A stretch of 64,000 bases of DNA. Origin: Bradymonadales bacterium (GTDB lineage: Bacteria > Bdellovibrionota > UBA2394). Positions 9,418-18,649 of this stretch are shown here, one piece after another. Below the pieces are notes generated by a model. It worked only from the letters and a program-made list of their open reading frames with translations. It was not told the DNA's origin and did no database searches. The translations under genes and the position numbers were made by a program. Position 1 is the stretch's first letter, and each line of letters opens with the position of its first letter. The DNA lies in contig REDG01000035.1 of assembly GCA_007693605.1 (NCBI GenBank), positions 1-64,000 of the forward strand, written 5' to 3'.

Positions 9418-10260
9418 TCAAAAGCGAAAGCGAGGTCTAGACCTGGAGTCCGCCGCATCCAAGATTTGTTTCAAGTCTTCGGCCCCGTCACGAGTTCTTG
9501 GCAAGGTGTAACCCCGGCTCATCAGGGCGTCTCCGCCTAAGAATCCGATTCTGGCCCCCGCATAAGCCCCCACGCCGGCTCCGATAATAATGAATCCTCC
9601 GCGGCTGGCCCACTTCAAGATCAGTCCTAGACTCAACTCTGTTTTTGCGATGGGCAACATCTTTTGAGTTGCCATAAAACTGAGATAACCCACGGCGGCA
9701 GCTCCAACCACAGCCCCAGAAATGCTCAAGACTTCCGTCCATAATTTTCGCCGCTCTAGCAGGCGAAGGTCCTCGTCTCGCAGCGCCTGATCGAGAACAT
9801 GAAATCGGCCGTATTCGTCTAGGTTCTTACGATAGCTACTATAGATGACATAGAGGCGGTCCCACCAGATTTGTTCCGATTCAGATTGGAAGAGTCGTTT
9901 GGTGATTTCTCCCACCAGCGCCATAAAGTAGGGGCTGGCTTCCGGATCTTCTGGGAAAAAGTCTGCCTCTAAAAAGCGATCCACCAGTTGAATAAACTCC
10001 TCTTGTCTCATTTCAATCAACTTCATGATGCGCTTATAACGGTCGCCAAGATCGGGCCAGCCATCGTTGAACTGATCTTCCAAGGCTCTCATCTCGTTTT
10101 CGTTTCTCGGCGCGCGGACTCCTAAGCCTTCATCTTCTAAAAGTGAAATCATCTCATGATCGTCAGGTTCAACCAAAAAGATCAAGCGAGGCTCGGCCAT
10201 CGAATAGGCCGGAAAGCCAAGACATCCCATCAAAATCCAAGTCGCGAAATTCTTTTTCAT
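9418..10260 (-). CDS. Secreted hypothetical protein with glycine-zipper hydrophobic hairpin
   Basis: Signal peptide; SISGAVVGAAAVG...GAGVGAYAGARIGF; GGGAG RBS. Confidence 0.75.
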   Translation of the reverse strand: MKKNFATWILMGCLGFPAYSMAEPRLIFLVEPDDHEMISLLEDEGLGVRAPRNENEMRALEDQFNDGWPDLGDRYKRIMKLIEMRQEEFIQLVDRFLEADFFPEDPEASPYFMALVGEITKRLFQSESEQIWWDRLYVIYSSYRKNLDEYGRFHVLDQALRDEDLRLLERRKLWTEVLSISGAVVGAAAVGYLSFMATQKMLPIAKTELSLGLILKWASRGGFIIIGAGVGAYAGARIGFLGGDALMSRGYTLPRTRDGAEDLKQILDAADSRSRPRFRF

Positions 10261-10293
10261 ATTTCTCCCCCCCCTTGTCGAACCCCTCTAATC

Positions 10294-10896
10294 TTAAAAG
10301 TCTCCGGAAATTTCTTTGGCTGAATCCAAGCGCCTCATCAGCCGATCCAAATCTTGTGAAAGAAGATCTCGGTCGTAGGATCGGGGTGGTGAGTAGCGCA
10401 GATCAGAGAGTAAAAAGCCAAAGCCCGCACCGGCCAATCCGCCTACCGGAACCACTAGCCAAAGAAGCTGGCTGCCAAAGGCTTTTGACAGCATATATCC
10501 GGCGGGAATGGCCACAAGCACTCCAATCACCGCCCCCGTTGCAGAGTAGATCTTTCTTTTTGTTTTTGCGAGCGCCAGTCTCTTTTCAAACTCTCGCTCC
10601 AAAGCTCTGTGAAGGCTGAGACTCAGCGGCCATCGCTCAGGTTGCTCGGCCAGAGAGTCTTCAATCAGCCGAAGTAGACGAACCACTTCTTCTCCGGTCT
10701 TCACACTAAAGACGGATTCGGCCAATCGTTCCGAAATCAGTCGAGCCAGCGGATCGTCAAAGGCCAACTGGTGAGACTTGAAGTCATAAAAATAAAAGTC
10801 AAATTCAGGAGGAAGCTCTCTGGCCCACAAGCTGTTGGCGAAGAAGTAAAGGCCCAAACTCGCAAGCAGACTTCTAGCGAATCGGAATCTGTTCAT
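10294..10896 (-). CDS. Secreted hypothetical protein with glycine-zipper hydrophobic hairpin
   Basis: Signal peptide; SATGAVIGVLVA...GGLAGAGFGF; AAGGAG RBS. Confidence 0.75.
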   Translation of the reverse strand: MNRFRFARSLLASLGLYFFANSLWARELPPEFDFYFYDFKSHQLAFDDPLARLISERLAESVFSVKTGEEVVRLLRLIEDSLAEQPERWPLSLSLHRALEREFEKRLALAKTKRKIYSATGAVIGVLVAIPAGYMLSKAFGSQLLWLVVPVGGLAGAGFGFLLSDLRYSPPRSYDRDLLSQDLDRLMRRLDSAKEISGDF

Positions 10897-11629
10897 AGAA
10901 ACTCCTTTCGAGCTGAGAGAGTCTTTCTGAGATATCTTGTGTTGATGATCCGGTTCTTCGAATGAAGTCCTCTCCGTTTGGATACTTCAAAACAAAATCT
11001 CTGGCAGTGAGCACATCGGGGTCAATCGGAACGAATTGCCCGACGACATGAGGGCTGGCATAGTATCCGGCAGCCGCTCCTCCACCCGTGAGGATTGCCA
11101 GGGCAAAAACCTTTCCGAAAACAGATTGTGTTCCCGGTGCTCTGAAGTAGATGAGGGCAGAGCCGCCGGCGAGCCCCAAGACGGCACCCCCTGCGGCCGA
11201 CCAAAGCCGGAAGCTTTGCTCAAATTTCTCTCGGTCGCCGATGATCAAGCGGGCCTGATCGACCATCTGATTTCCGATGAGATAGAAGAAAACTCGAAGC
11301 TCCTGGTATTCAGACAACACCTGCTTGAGGCTTGAATTGAACTCTTGATCATGATCGAGATGGAGGCTCGCGAAGTAAATCTGAGAAACTCTGCCGGCAA
11401 TGCTCAAAAGCTTTTCCACTTCTTCCTCTTGTTGCCTTGGGCTGAGGTCAGAGGCTCGTTCTCGAAAGCTTTGAGCGCTCTCCACAAAGTCCGCCAGTTC
11501 TTGTTCAAAGATCTCGATTCGATGCACCCAAAGCTCTTGGCTTGCTTGGGTGACACTAGAGACTCCGAAAAGAAGGGCGAGGCCAAATCCTAAGAGCGAC
11601 CGTCCACACCACCGAGTTGTTTTGTTCAT
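10874..11629 (-). CDS. Secreted hypothetical protein with glycine-zipper hydrophobic hairpin
   Basis: Signal peptide; SAAGGAVLGLAGG...GGGAAAGYY; GGAGG RBS and ATGA overlap. Confidence 0.75.
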   Translation of the reverse strand: MNKTTRWCGRSLLGFGLALLFGVSSVTQASQELWVHRIEIFEQELADFVESAQSFRERASDLSPRQQEEEVEKLLSIAGRVSQIYFASLHLDHDQEFNSSLKQVLSEYQELRVFFYLIGNQMVDQARLIIGDREKFEQSFRLWSAAGGAVLGLAGGSALIYFRAPGTQSVFGKVFALAILTGGGAAAGYYASPHVVGQFVPIDPDVLTARDFVLKYPNGEDFIRRTGSSTQDISERLSQLERSFYEQIPIR

Positions 11630-12960
11630 CGCGTTCGACCTCCATCGCTTGAATTTCTGTGAGTTGGAACTTCTAAGCTTTGCTCAATGAAAGCGATCTC
11701 TCTTTCAATCTGGGCTAATCGTTTTTGAATCTGATTTCGAGCCTTCTCGAGAACTTCTTGTCGCCGAAGGACCTGGTCGTATAGGTCGTAAGACTCCAGC
11801 TTTAGTTGCATCAGCTTGTTGCCACCTCCAAGGCGCAAAGGATGTTGTTGAATCGACCAAAACTGGAAGGCGCTAAAGGCTGTTAGGGTTCGAAGAAAGC
11901 TCGGACCGACCCAAGCTTTCAGAATAAAGAAGTCAAACATGAAGGTTCCAACCGAAGCGGTGAAGGCATTTATCTCCTCTTCTTGGTAGAGTCGAGAATG
12001 GAGCTGCTGATCGGCCTGATTTCGAAGCAAAGGATTTGCAATGCTTTGCATATTTTCGAGCCCAAGTACGCCGAACTCGAGATCATTGAAAGCCTGTAGG
12101 CTGTCGATGGCCTTTTCAAGGCTATCGTAGGCTCGCGATAAGAATCGGTTTCGAGGGGCATCAAAGAGTTCGTTTGGGCCGGCCAAACGAGACCACTCGC
12201 GAAGGTGAAGCAACATTTGAAGTTGCTGAGCCGGATTGAGGCTCGGAAACAGCGGGGGTTGATGGGGCGAGCCCGTCAGCACACTAAACTCATCTGCCTC
12301 TCCGAAGACTTGTTCACTCAATTTGTGAAACTTATCATAATGAGCTTCTGAACGAGCTCGGGTCTCTTGAAGCCTTTCGGAGTTGTGTTCCATGAAGGCT
12401 TCCGTGACTCCTGACAGGGCTTTCTGCCCTCGGTCCATATGGAAGGCGACTTCCAAGAGCCCCCGACCGATGAGTCGTTTCAATTCGAGTTTTCTCTGTG
12501 GGTCGGCCTGAACCTCGGTGAAAACCCGGATGAGGTCTTGAATCAAGTAGAGATCTGAAATCAGCGTGTACCAGGAGCTCCGCCAGTTGATGTGATGCGA
12601 GACATGAAATCGTTGCTCTCTCCACTGGTCACTCCGATCCAGTACATGAGGGGGCGCGGACGAAGCCAATCGATAGCCAGAAAAAATGGCTCGATCAAAG
12701 TCGGCGACAAAGGGAGAAGTCGATCGAGGGAGTCGAGCCAGATGGTGCGAAAGCTCTTCTAGCAGGGCCATCTTCTGCAATTGGCACGAAGGAGTGTGGC
12801 AAGGGGGACGACCTTTCTCCACTCTCTCTAGAAATGAAGAGAATTCTCGATGAAGGGATGTCAGTCCGTCGAGTTGCGCCTGCAAAGAGGGTGGAGGCCC
12901 ATCTGACAAAGCCATCGTCAGTGCCGAAAAAATGAAAGTGCTGCCTAAAAACATCCCCAA
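11626..12960 (-). CDS. Secreted helical hypothetical protein with late hydrophobic segment and coiled-coil tail
   Basis: 444-aa ORF with hydrophobic N-terminus, FTASVGTFMFDFFILKAW...FSAFQFW segment and heptad-like C-terminus. Confidence 0.7.
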   Translation of the reverse strand: MGMFLGSTFIFSALTMALSDGPPPSLQAQLDGLTSLHREFSSFLERVEKGRPPCHTPSCQLQKMALLEELSHHLARLPRSTSPFVADFDRAIFSGYRLASSAPPHVLDRSDQWREQRFHVSHHINWRSSWYTLISDLYLIQDLIRVFTEVQADPQRKLELKRLIGRGLLEVAFHMDRGQKALSGVTEAFMEHNSERLQETRARSEAHYDKFHKLSEQVFGEADEFSVLTGSPHQPPLFPSLNPAQQLQMLLHLREWSRLAGPNELFDAPRNRFLSRAYDSLEKAIDSLQAFNDLEFGVLGLENMQSIANPLLRNQADQQLHSRLYQEEEINAFTASVGTFMFDFFILKAWVGPSFLRTLTAFSAFQFWSIQQHPLRLGGGNKLMQLKLESYDLYDQVLRRQEVLEKARNQIQKRLAQIEREIAFIEQSLEVPTHRNSSDGGRTR

Positions 12961-13102
12961 AGAACCCCAACCTCAAATTAGTGAATTGAGGCCTCGGTGG
13001 CAATGAAAATGATGCAAAGCTCCAACACAGAGACCGCCAAGACAACGCAACCCGCACAGCCTGAGTGAGGGGCAGACGGGCTTTTAGCGCCACTCCCAAG
13101 GT

Positions 13103-13972
13103 TTAGACGGATTGGCTCCGCAGCCTAGTAACCTGAAAACTCAAGTTCTGAGTTCGACGGTTTTGTGTGATTTCGACTTGCTCAAGAGCCGAATGCAGTC
13201 GTTTCAGGCAGGACTGAAGTTGTTTGCGATCCATGTCGGCAAGAAAGACCAAGAACTCATTCTCCTGACATCGCAAAACTCGATCGGAGCCTCGAACCGT
13301 GCGGGTAAGGGTTCGAGAGGTGGCCTCCACCAGCTCAGAAGCGGCCACTGGGCCCAGAGATTTCTTCAATCTCGACCATGAAGAAATGACCACTCGTAAG
13401 CCTTGGTTTCGGCTTCTTTGGATCAGATCGGCATGAAGATCTTTTGAGAGATCGATGGGTTCTCGAAGATTCGGGTTGCCTGAGAAGCTTTGCAAGTCCC
13501 GATCGTTGACCATTTCTACCAGTCGTTGGTTGTTGTCGTGCAGACTTCGTTTGAGTGCGACATCTCTCATAATTCGCGGGAGCTGCGTGAGAAAATCTAG
13601 TGACTTGAATTCACTTAAAACAAGAGTGCAAAGATGAAGGCTCTTCTTTCTTCGTTGATTCAGGATGCGGTAGCTTTCGGGTGAGAGCACCAAGATTTTG
13701 TGATAGAACTTACTCTCTCGAAGCACCTGGTCAAAAAGCTTCAGCTGACCCTCTGCAAACTTCTTGAGCTCAATAAGAACCCCAAGCGGTCGACTTTGTT
13801 TGAGTTCCTTTGAGATTCTGGGAAGAACTTGTGATCGGAAGGACAAAAACTGAAAGCACTGGCCAGGGAATCGGCTCTTCATGATCGACTCGAACAAGGC
13901 TTCATGGGCCTTCGAACCCGAGCGAACCACTAGCCACGAGTTTTGCATCGTCGAGTCTACCCGTTCTCCCAT
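13103..13972 (-). CDS. Degenerate GGDEF-domain protein (probable c-di-GMP receptor)
   Basis: VRGSDRVLRCQENEFLVFL aligns to the GGDEF loop; GAGGAG RBS before ATG 13972; TTGCAC...CATAAT promoter-like sequence upstream. Confidence 0.65.
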   Translation of the reverse strand: MGERVDSTMQNSWLVVRSGSKAHEALFESIMKSRFPGQCFQFLSFRSQVLPRISKELKQSRPLGVLIELKKFAEGQLKLFDQVLRESKFYHKILVLSPESYRILNQRRKKSLHLCTLVLSEFKSLDFLTQLPRIMRDVALKRSLHDNNQRLVEMVNDRDLQSFSGNPNLREPIDLSKDLHADLIQRSRNQGLRVVISSWSRLKKSLGPVAASELVEATSRTLTRTVRGSDRVLRCQENEFLVFLADMDRKQLQSCLKRLHSALEQVEITQNRRTQNLSFQVTRLRSQSV

Positions 13973-14110
13973 CTCCTCACTCACGCCCCGATTATGGGCA
14001 ATGATATGACGAAAGTGCAAGCCTTAATTCGACCCCGTCGGAGCCTCTCTCGATCCTTGTTGGCTACTTTAACAGTTCTCATCTGTCTCGGGATTCTGAT
14101 CAGAGGCGGA

Positions 14111-14122
14111 TTGGACCACTAG
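14111..14122. repeat. Dispersed TTGGACCACTAG motif overlapping a TAG stop
   Basis: Exact 12-mer, preceded by GCGGA. Confidence 0.6.
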
Positions 14123-14469
14123 CGCCGCCTTCGGCGACGAATCCGATCTTCAAGTCCGTGAACGGCCTTTCGATAGAAGTCCACTTGGGCCTCTGCAGAT
14201 CGAATACGATTGCGGCGGCTTAAGACCCCCCCAGACTCCCGAGCTCTTTCTTCTTCTAGTCGTTCTTCAGCAATTCTTAACAAAGCTCGCTTTCGAATCA
14301 AAATTTCTTCTGTTTCCTCCGGCCAAGACTCCAGAAACTCTTGGGTCACTTCCGAGAATCGACGAATGGCGTAGTCCTCTGGGCTGACAAAACTCAAACC
14401 CGCCCCATCCTCTTCTGGGCTTGAAAGGCTCAACACAAGTAAAAGAGCAAGATTGTTCATGACCTCCAC
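14119..14469 (-). CDS. Small hypothetical protein with hydrophobic N-terminus
   Basis: Fills the intergenic gap; GGAGG precedes ATG at 14460, which may be the true start. Confidence 0.55.
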   Translation of the reverse strand: MEVMNNLALLLVLSLSSPEEDGAGLSFVSPEDYAIRRFSEVTQEFLESWPEETEEILIRKRALLRIAEERLEEERARESGGVLSRRNRIRSAEAQVDFYRKAVHGLEDRIRRRRRR

Positions 14470-14688
14470 ACCGCTTTCTATGCTTTCAGAAAGCCCCCAA
14501 TTCTTACAATCGAAAAAGTTTGCAGACCAGAGGGCTCAAAATTGGCTCTCTCGGCGCCTTTCGCTCTCCATTCTCGATCGACAGAGTCTCAAGATGTGAA
14601 GGAACTTTTGTTTCCCCGCCTTTGGCATAGATCCTGTAGTGGTTTTAGGCTTCTGGGTGTTTGTGTTTCCGTGAGAAGGGTGGTTCTC

Positions 14689-15828
14689 ATGGGGTTGAGA
14701 GGGTTAGTCATTTTGGGTCTTTTCTTGGGGAGTTCCCTGCTAGAGGCTCAGTCGAAGGTTTATCAAGCTGAAGAAATCTTTCCCCGAGTGATGGTCGACG
14801 ACCATGCGGTCTATATGTTGGAGTCCGTTGAACTCTATGAAAATGAGACCGTCGTCTTTTCAGAACCCTCTCGGGTCTTCGTTCAAGACTTAAAGTTTCA
14901 CCCCAACGCAGGCTTTTTCATCGATGGAAGTGAAATCGATCTGATGGTTTCAGGAAAACTCGAATCAGAGGGTGGAGGAATTCAAGCTCGTTCCAGCATT
15001 CGTTCAGAGGCCGGCGCGGACGGTGATGTCGGAGTAGACGGAGAGAAAGCTCAAGATGGACTTCGAGGTTCGGCGGGGTCTCACGGATCTAATGCGACGG
15101 ATGGGGGCCATGGAGGTCATGGGTCGTCCATTCGCATCACCAACCCTCATTTGTCGGGCGACCTCATTTTAATCACACGAGGCGGTGACGGCGGGCACGG
15201 CGGACGAGGCGGCAGTGGCGGCAAAGGGGGAGTGGGTTTTTCAGGTGAAGATGCTCGGATCCTCTATGAGTTCAGGGGCCTCGACTCTTATCCGTTGGAT
15301 ATGTTGGTAGACATCGGAATGATGATTGGGGTGCCGGTGGTCGGTCAGGTTCTCGCCATCATGAAAATTTTTAATGGCTTACGAATTGGAGATGGCTTTG
15401 ATGGCTATGACGGCGGAGCCGGCGGTAATGCGGGTAATGGCGGAAGCGGCGGAGATGGCGGAGACGCTGGAGACATCTTTGTGATGATTGGGAAGAGAGA
15501 CCCTCAAACTGAGATTCGAGTGAACGCGCGAGGAGGTCTTGGCGGAGTGGGCGGCCCTGCGGGAGTTCCGGGTGTTGGGGGCCCAGGTGGCGAAGGGGGC
15601 CGCGCCGGTGGGCTTTGGTCTAAGAATGGGAAGCCCGGAAAGGCCGGAGCAACAGGTGAGCCTGGTCTAAGAGGAGAGAGGGGGATGCCGGGCCAGGCCG
15701 GAAGAGTGGCGTTGCACGAAACAGGAAGTCCCAAGTTTGTGGAGTGCTACATTAGCTTTGAAAGAATGAGAGATTTGGGAGTGGATGACTCCGTTGCGGT
15801 AGACTTTTTTCTTCGTTGCATCCCATGA
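14689..15828 (+). CDS. Secreted glycine-rich/collagen-like protein 1
   Basis: Signal peptide from ATG 14689; G-X-Y and GGX repeats; GEDAR motif. Confidence 0.8.
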   Translation: MGLRGLVILGLFLGSSLLEAQSKVYQAEEIFPRVMVDDHAVYMLESVELYENETVVFSEPSRVFVQDLKFHPNAGFFIDGSEIDLMVSGKLESEGGGIQARSSIRSEAGADGDVGVDGEKAQDGLRGSAGSHGSNATDGGHGGHGSSIRITNPHLSGDLILITRGGDGGHGGRGGSGGKGGVGFSGEDARILYEFRGLDSYPLDMLVDIGMMIGVPVVGQVLAIMKIFNGLRIGDGFDGYDGGAGGNAGNGGSGGDGGDAGDIFVMIGKRDPQTEIRVNARGGLGGVGGPAGVPGVGGPGGEGGRAGGLWSKNGKPGKAGATGEPGLRGERGMPGQAGRVALHETGSPKFVECYISFERMRDLGVDDSVAVDFFLRCIP

Positions 15829-16637
15829 TTTTAACATCGCTTCATTGGATCGCCTTTTTCAGTTTTCAACTTTTTGTCGACGAAGATTGGCAAGAGACGG
15901 AGGCGCTGGTTCTTGAAGAGTTGGAGCTTAAAAAAGATGAGTCCATTGAACTTCCCGCCTTTCAAAACATTCGCATCAAGAGCTTGATCGCTCGAGAGGG
16001 CGCTCGAATTCAATTTCCTGTTCAACACTCGGGGGCCTCTGCCGACTGGAGTTCGGACGGGGGCAATGGCGGCAGCGTTCTGCTGTTTGTGGACAAACTG
16101 GATGGGCATATTGTGGTGGAGGCTCGGGGTGGCGACGGAGGAGTCGGCAGAGACGGTCGTGACGGACAAATGGGAGCTCGGGGCAGTCGAGGCCGAGACG
16201 CTCGAAGACTCTTTTTCTTTTGGTTGGGGCCTGGGGAGCGAGGTGGTCACGGTCGCCCCGGCGAAAATGGAGAAGCGGGTGAGAATGGCGGCGACGGTGG
16301 CAAGGGTGGTCGCATTCAAATCTACATTCAAGAAAAACTTCCAGGCTCTCAGGTGCTTGTGGATGTGTCTGGCGGTAAGGGCGGCGCTGCCGGCCGTGGA
16401 GGTCGAGGAGGTTTGGGCGGCCCAGGAGGGCCTGGCGGTCGAGGATGGATGGACGGACCTCAGGGAAGAATGGGAGAGCCCGGCAGCCCTGGCAATCCAG
16501 GAAGGCCCGGTCGACCTGGAGCACCTGGCGAAAGCCTCATTTTGCAATTGAGCCCCCAACAATATCTCTGTGCGCAGCTTTGGGAGTTGAAGGCACTATC
16601 AACAGAGGAGGCCCTGTGGGATTGCTTCGCTCGATAG
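15825..16637 (+). CDS. Secreted glycine-rich/collagen-like protein 2
   Basis: ATGA overlap with the previous gene; same repeat architecture; GRDAR motif. Confidence 0.8.
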   Translation: MILTSLHWIAFFSFQLFVDEDWQETEALVLEELELKKDESIELPAFQNIRIKSLIAREGARIQFPVQHSGASADWSSDGGNGGSVLLFVDKLDGHIVVEARGGDGGVGRDGRDGQMGARGSRGRDARRLFFFWLGPGERGGHGRPGENGEAGENGGDGGKGGRIQIYIQEKLPGSQVLVDVSGGKGGAAGRGGRGGLGGPGGPGGRGWMDGPQGRMGEPGSPGNPGRPGRPGAPGESLILQLSPQQYLCAQLWELKALSTEEALWDCFAR

Positions 16638-17380
16638 CTTTGATCAGTTTGTGTTTTGTCTTCACAAAAACGGAAGCCACTGAAGACTATAGCTTTTGGT
16701 GGGCGAATGAAGGTCTTGAAGTTTCTTGGGATCCAGAAACCGATGTCCTTTTGGTTGAGGCTAACGGAGAAGATGGAATGCCAGGCCGGGCGGCTTGGAT
16801 GGGTTCCGCCCCGAGTGCGGGGAGTTCTGGAGCGAGCGGCGGATCGGTCACTCTCGTTCTTCACCGAATGCCCAAAGAGTTGCGAGTCGTTGCTCGGGGA
16901 GGGGCCGGAGGAGACGGAGCGACTGGAGCTCGAGGAAAGGCCGGTCGGATCGGTAAAGAGGGTCGAGACGCGAGAGTTTTTTCTCGTCCGAGGCCGGGTC
17001 GTCCAGGAGGTGACGGAGAAAATGGAGGCCGAGGCTCTGACGGAGGACAAGGGGGTCAAGGGGGCTTTGTGCGAATTGTCTATTGGCCTCAATTGGAGTC
17101 CTACAACCCCTATTGGCAGAGCCGAGTCTTCGTAGATGTTTCGGGAGGACGGGGAGGTCGCGCAGGCCTTGGAGGAGAGGGCGGTCGCGGCGGTGAAGGT
17201 GGTCAAGGAGGCAAACAGCTGATTTCTGATCGTCGAGAGCCCGCGGGTCGCCCCGGGGCCGATGGCCAATGGGGTCCCCCTGGATACTCGGGCCAAGCAG
17301 GGGATGAGGGGCAGATCCAGCTTCTTGAAGTGAGCCAGGCAGAAGAAATACTCGTCGAAATCCTCTCGTCTTCACGCTAA
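16616..17380 (+). CDS. Secreted glycine-rich/collagen-like protein 3
   Basis: GTG at 16616 after GAGGAGG; signal peptide; GRDAR motif; VDVSGG-GGX repeats. Confidence 0.8.
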   Translation: MGLLRSIALISLCFVFTKTEATEDYSFWWANEGLEVSWDPETDVLLVEANGEDGMPGRAAWMGSAPSAGSSGASGGSVTLVLHRMPKELRVVARGGAGGDGATGARGKAGRIGKEGRDARVFSRPRPGRPGGDGENGGRGSDGGQGGQGGFVRIVYWPQLESYNPYWQSRVFVDVSGGRGGRAGLGGEGGRGGEGGQGGKQLISDRREPAGRPGADGQWGPPGYSGQAGDEGQIQLLEVSQAEEILVEILSSSR

Positions 17381-17455
17381 ACAAGTCTTTATATCAATGC
17401 CAAACTTCTCTTTCGGGCCCGAATCTGGTTAGGATTGAGGCGTGGGAGATGACTC

Positions 17456-18121
17456 ATGAAGCTTTTTCTAGACACTGCGAATATTCAAGAGCTTAAAGAC
17501 GCGGCGCAAACGGGACTCATCGACGGAGTGACGACGAATCCGTCGCTGGTAGCAAAAGAGGGCGTGAAGTTTGAAGATCGGCTTCGCGAGATTTGCGAGT
17601 TCATCTCAGGCCCTGTCAGCGCCGAGGTCATCTCGTTGGACTATGAAGGAATGATGAGAGAGGCGAAGAAGCTCGTTACGATTGCCAAAAACATCGTGAT
17701 CAAGGTTCCCCTCACTCGAGAAGGTTTAAGGGCTTGCAAAAGCCTTCGGGCCGACGGTGTGGATGTGAATGTCACCCTGTGCTTTTCACCCCTTCAAGCG
17801 CTCTTGGCGGCAAAGGCCGGGGCCACATTTGTCAGTCCCTTTGTTGGGCGTCTAGACGATATCGGACAGGCGGGGATGTCTTTGATTGAGGACATCCTGC
17901 AGATATTTAGAATGCAGCAGCTTGAGACTCAAGTCTTGGTCGCCAGCGTTCGACACACCGAGCATTTATTGCAGGCCGCTATGATGGGGGCAGATGTAGC
18001 GACGATTCCCTATAAGGTCTTCAACCAGGCCTATCAGCATCCTCTGACAGATATCGGAATTGAGAAGTTTCTTGCCGATTGGAAAAGCTCCAAAACGAGA
18101 CAGGAAAGTTCAACTTCTTGA
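17456..18121 (+). CDS. fsa: Transaldolase / fructose-6-phosphate aldolase (small type)
   Basis: [36 protein letters not shown]. Confidence 0.93.
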   Translation: MKLFLDTANIQELKDAAQTGLIDGVTTNPSLVAKEGVKFEDRLREICEFISGPVSAEVISLDYEGMMREAKKLVTIAKNIVIKVPLTREGLRACKSLRADGVDVNVTLCFSPLQALLAAKAGATFVSPFVGRLDDIGQAGMSLIEDILQIFRMQQLETQVLVASVRHTEHLLQAAMMGADVATIPYKVFNQAYQHPLTDIGIEKFLADWKSSKTRQESSTS

Positions 18122-18636
18122 GTACTCAATTCGCAATCAGTCTCCTTCTTTTCTTTGGAGTCGCGGCCCTTGTGTACCTGTTTTACATTCTTTTGCAGCC
18201 CAAGTTCAAAGCTTCCGATTCCGATCGATTGGCCCGTCGGGCCTTGCGCAAGAAGGAGAAAAAGAAGCCTCAAGACAAAGAGTTTTCCGGGGAGGGCTTT
18301 TCGGCCAGTCAGCTTCGAGGAAGCATGCCTCGCTTGGTTCCGACTCAAACTCCCGCCGCGAACAAAAAGGCCAGAGAAGATTTGATGAGGCTGATTTCTG
18401 ACCTAAAGTCTGTGCGAAAAGAAGAGTTTTTTCAGAGTCTTCCAAACGAAGATGTCTCAGAAGAGGAGTTCTCTTCTTCTGAAATCATCAATGCCTTGGT
18501 GGGCACCTTAATCTCTGAAGTGGAAGTGAAGGGAGAGGATTCTGAGAAACTGTCGAAACTCTCACTCGACGCCTCGTTACTCTTTGACGAAGAAGAGGCT
18601 GAAAGCTTCGCCAAAGAGTTTGAACAAAAGACTTAG
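18118..18636 (+). CDS. Hypothetical single-TM membrane protein
   Basis: TTG overlapping the fsa stop; N-terminal TM, basic then acidic tail. Confidence 0.6.
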   Translation: MSTQFAISLLLFFGVAALVYLFYILLQPKFKASDSDRLARRALRKKEKKKPQDKEFSGEGFSASQLRGSMPRLVPTQTPAANKKAREDLMRLISDLKSVRKEEFFQSLPNEDVSEEEFSSSEIINALVGTLISEVEVKGEDSEKLSKLSLDASLLFDEEEAESFAKEFEQKT

Positions 18637-18649
18637 TTGGACGACTAGC

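Noticed and set aside
12971..12991. CCTCAA-N9-TTGAGG inverted repeat upstream of the hairpin-protein cluster
   Set aside because: Only 6-bp arms; not distinguishable from chance without comparative data
15504..17384. Several long alternative-frame and antisense ORFs over the glycine-rich genes
   Set aside because: Expected from GC-rich GGN codon repeats that lack stops; no signal peptide or RBS support
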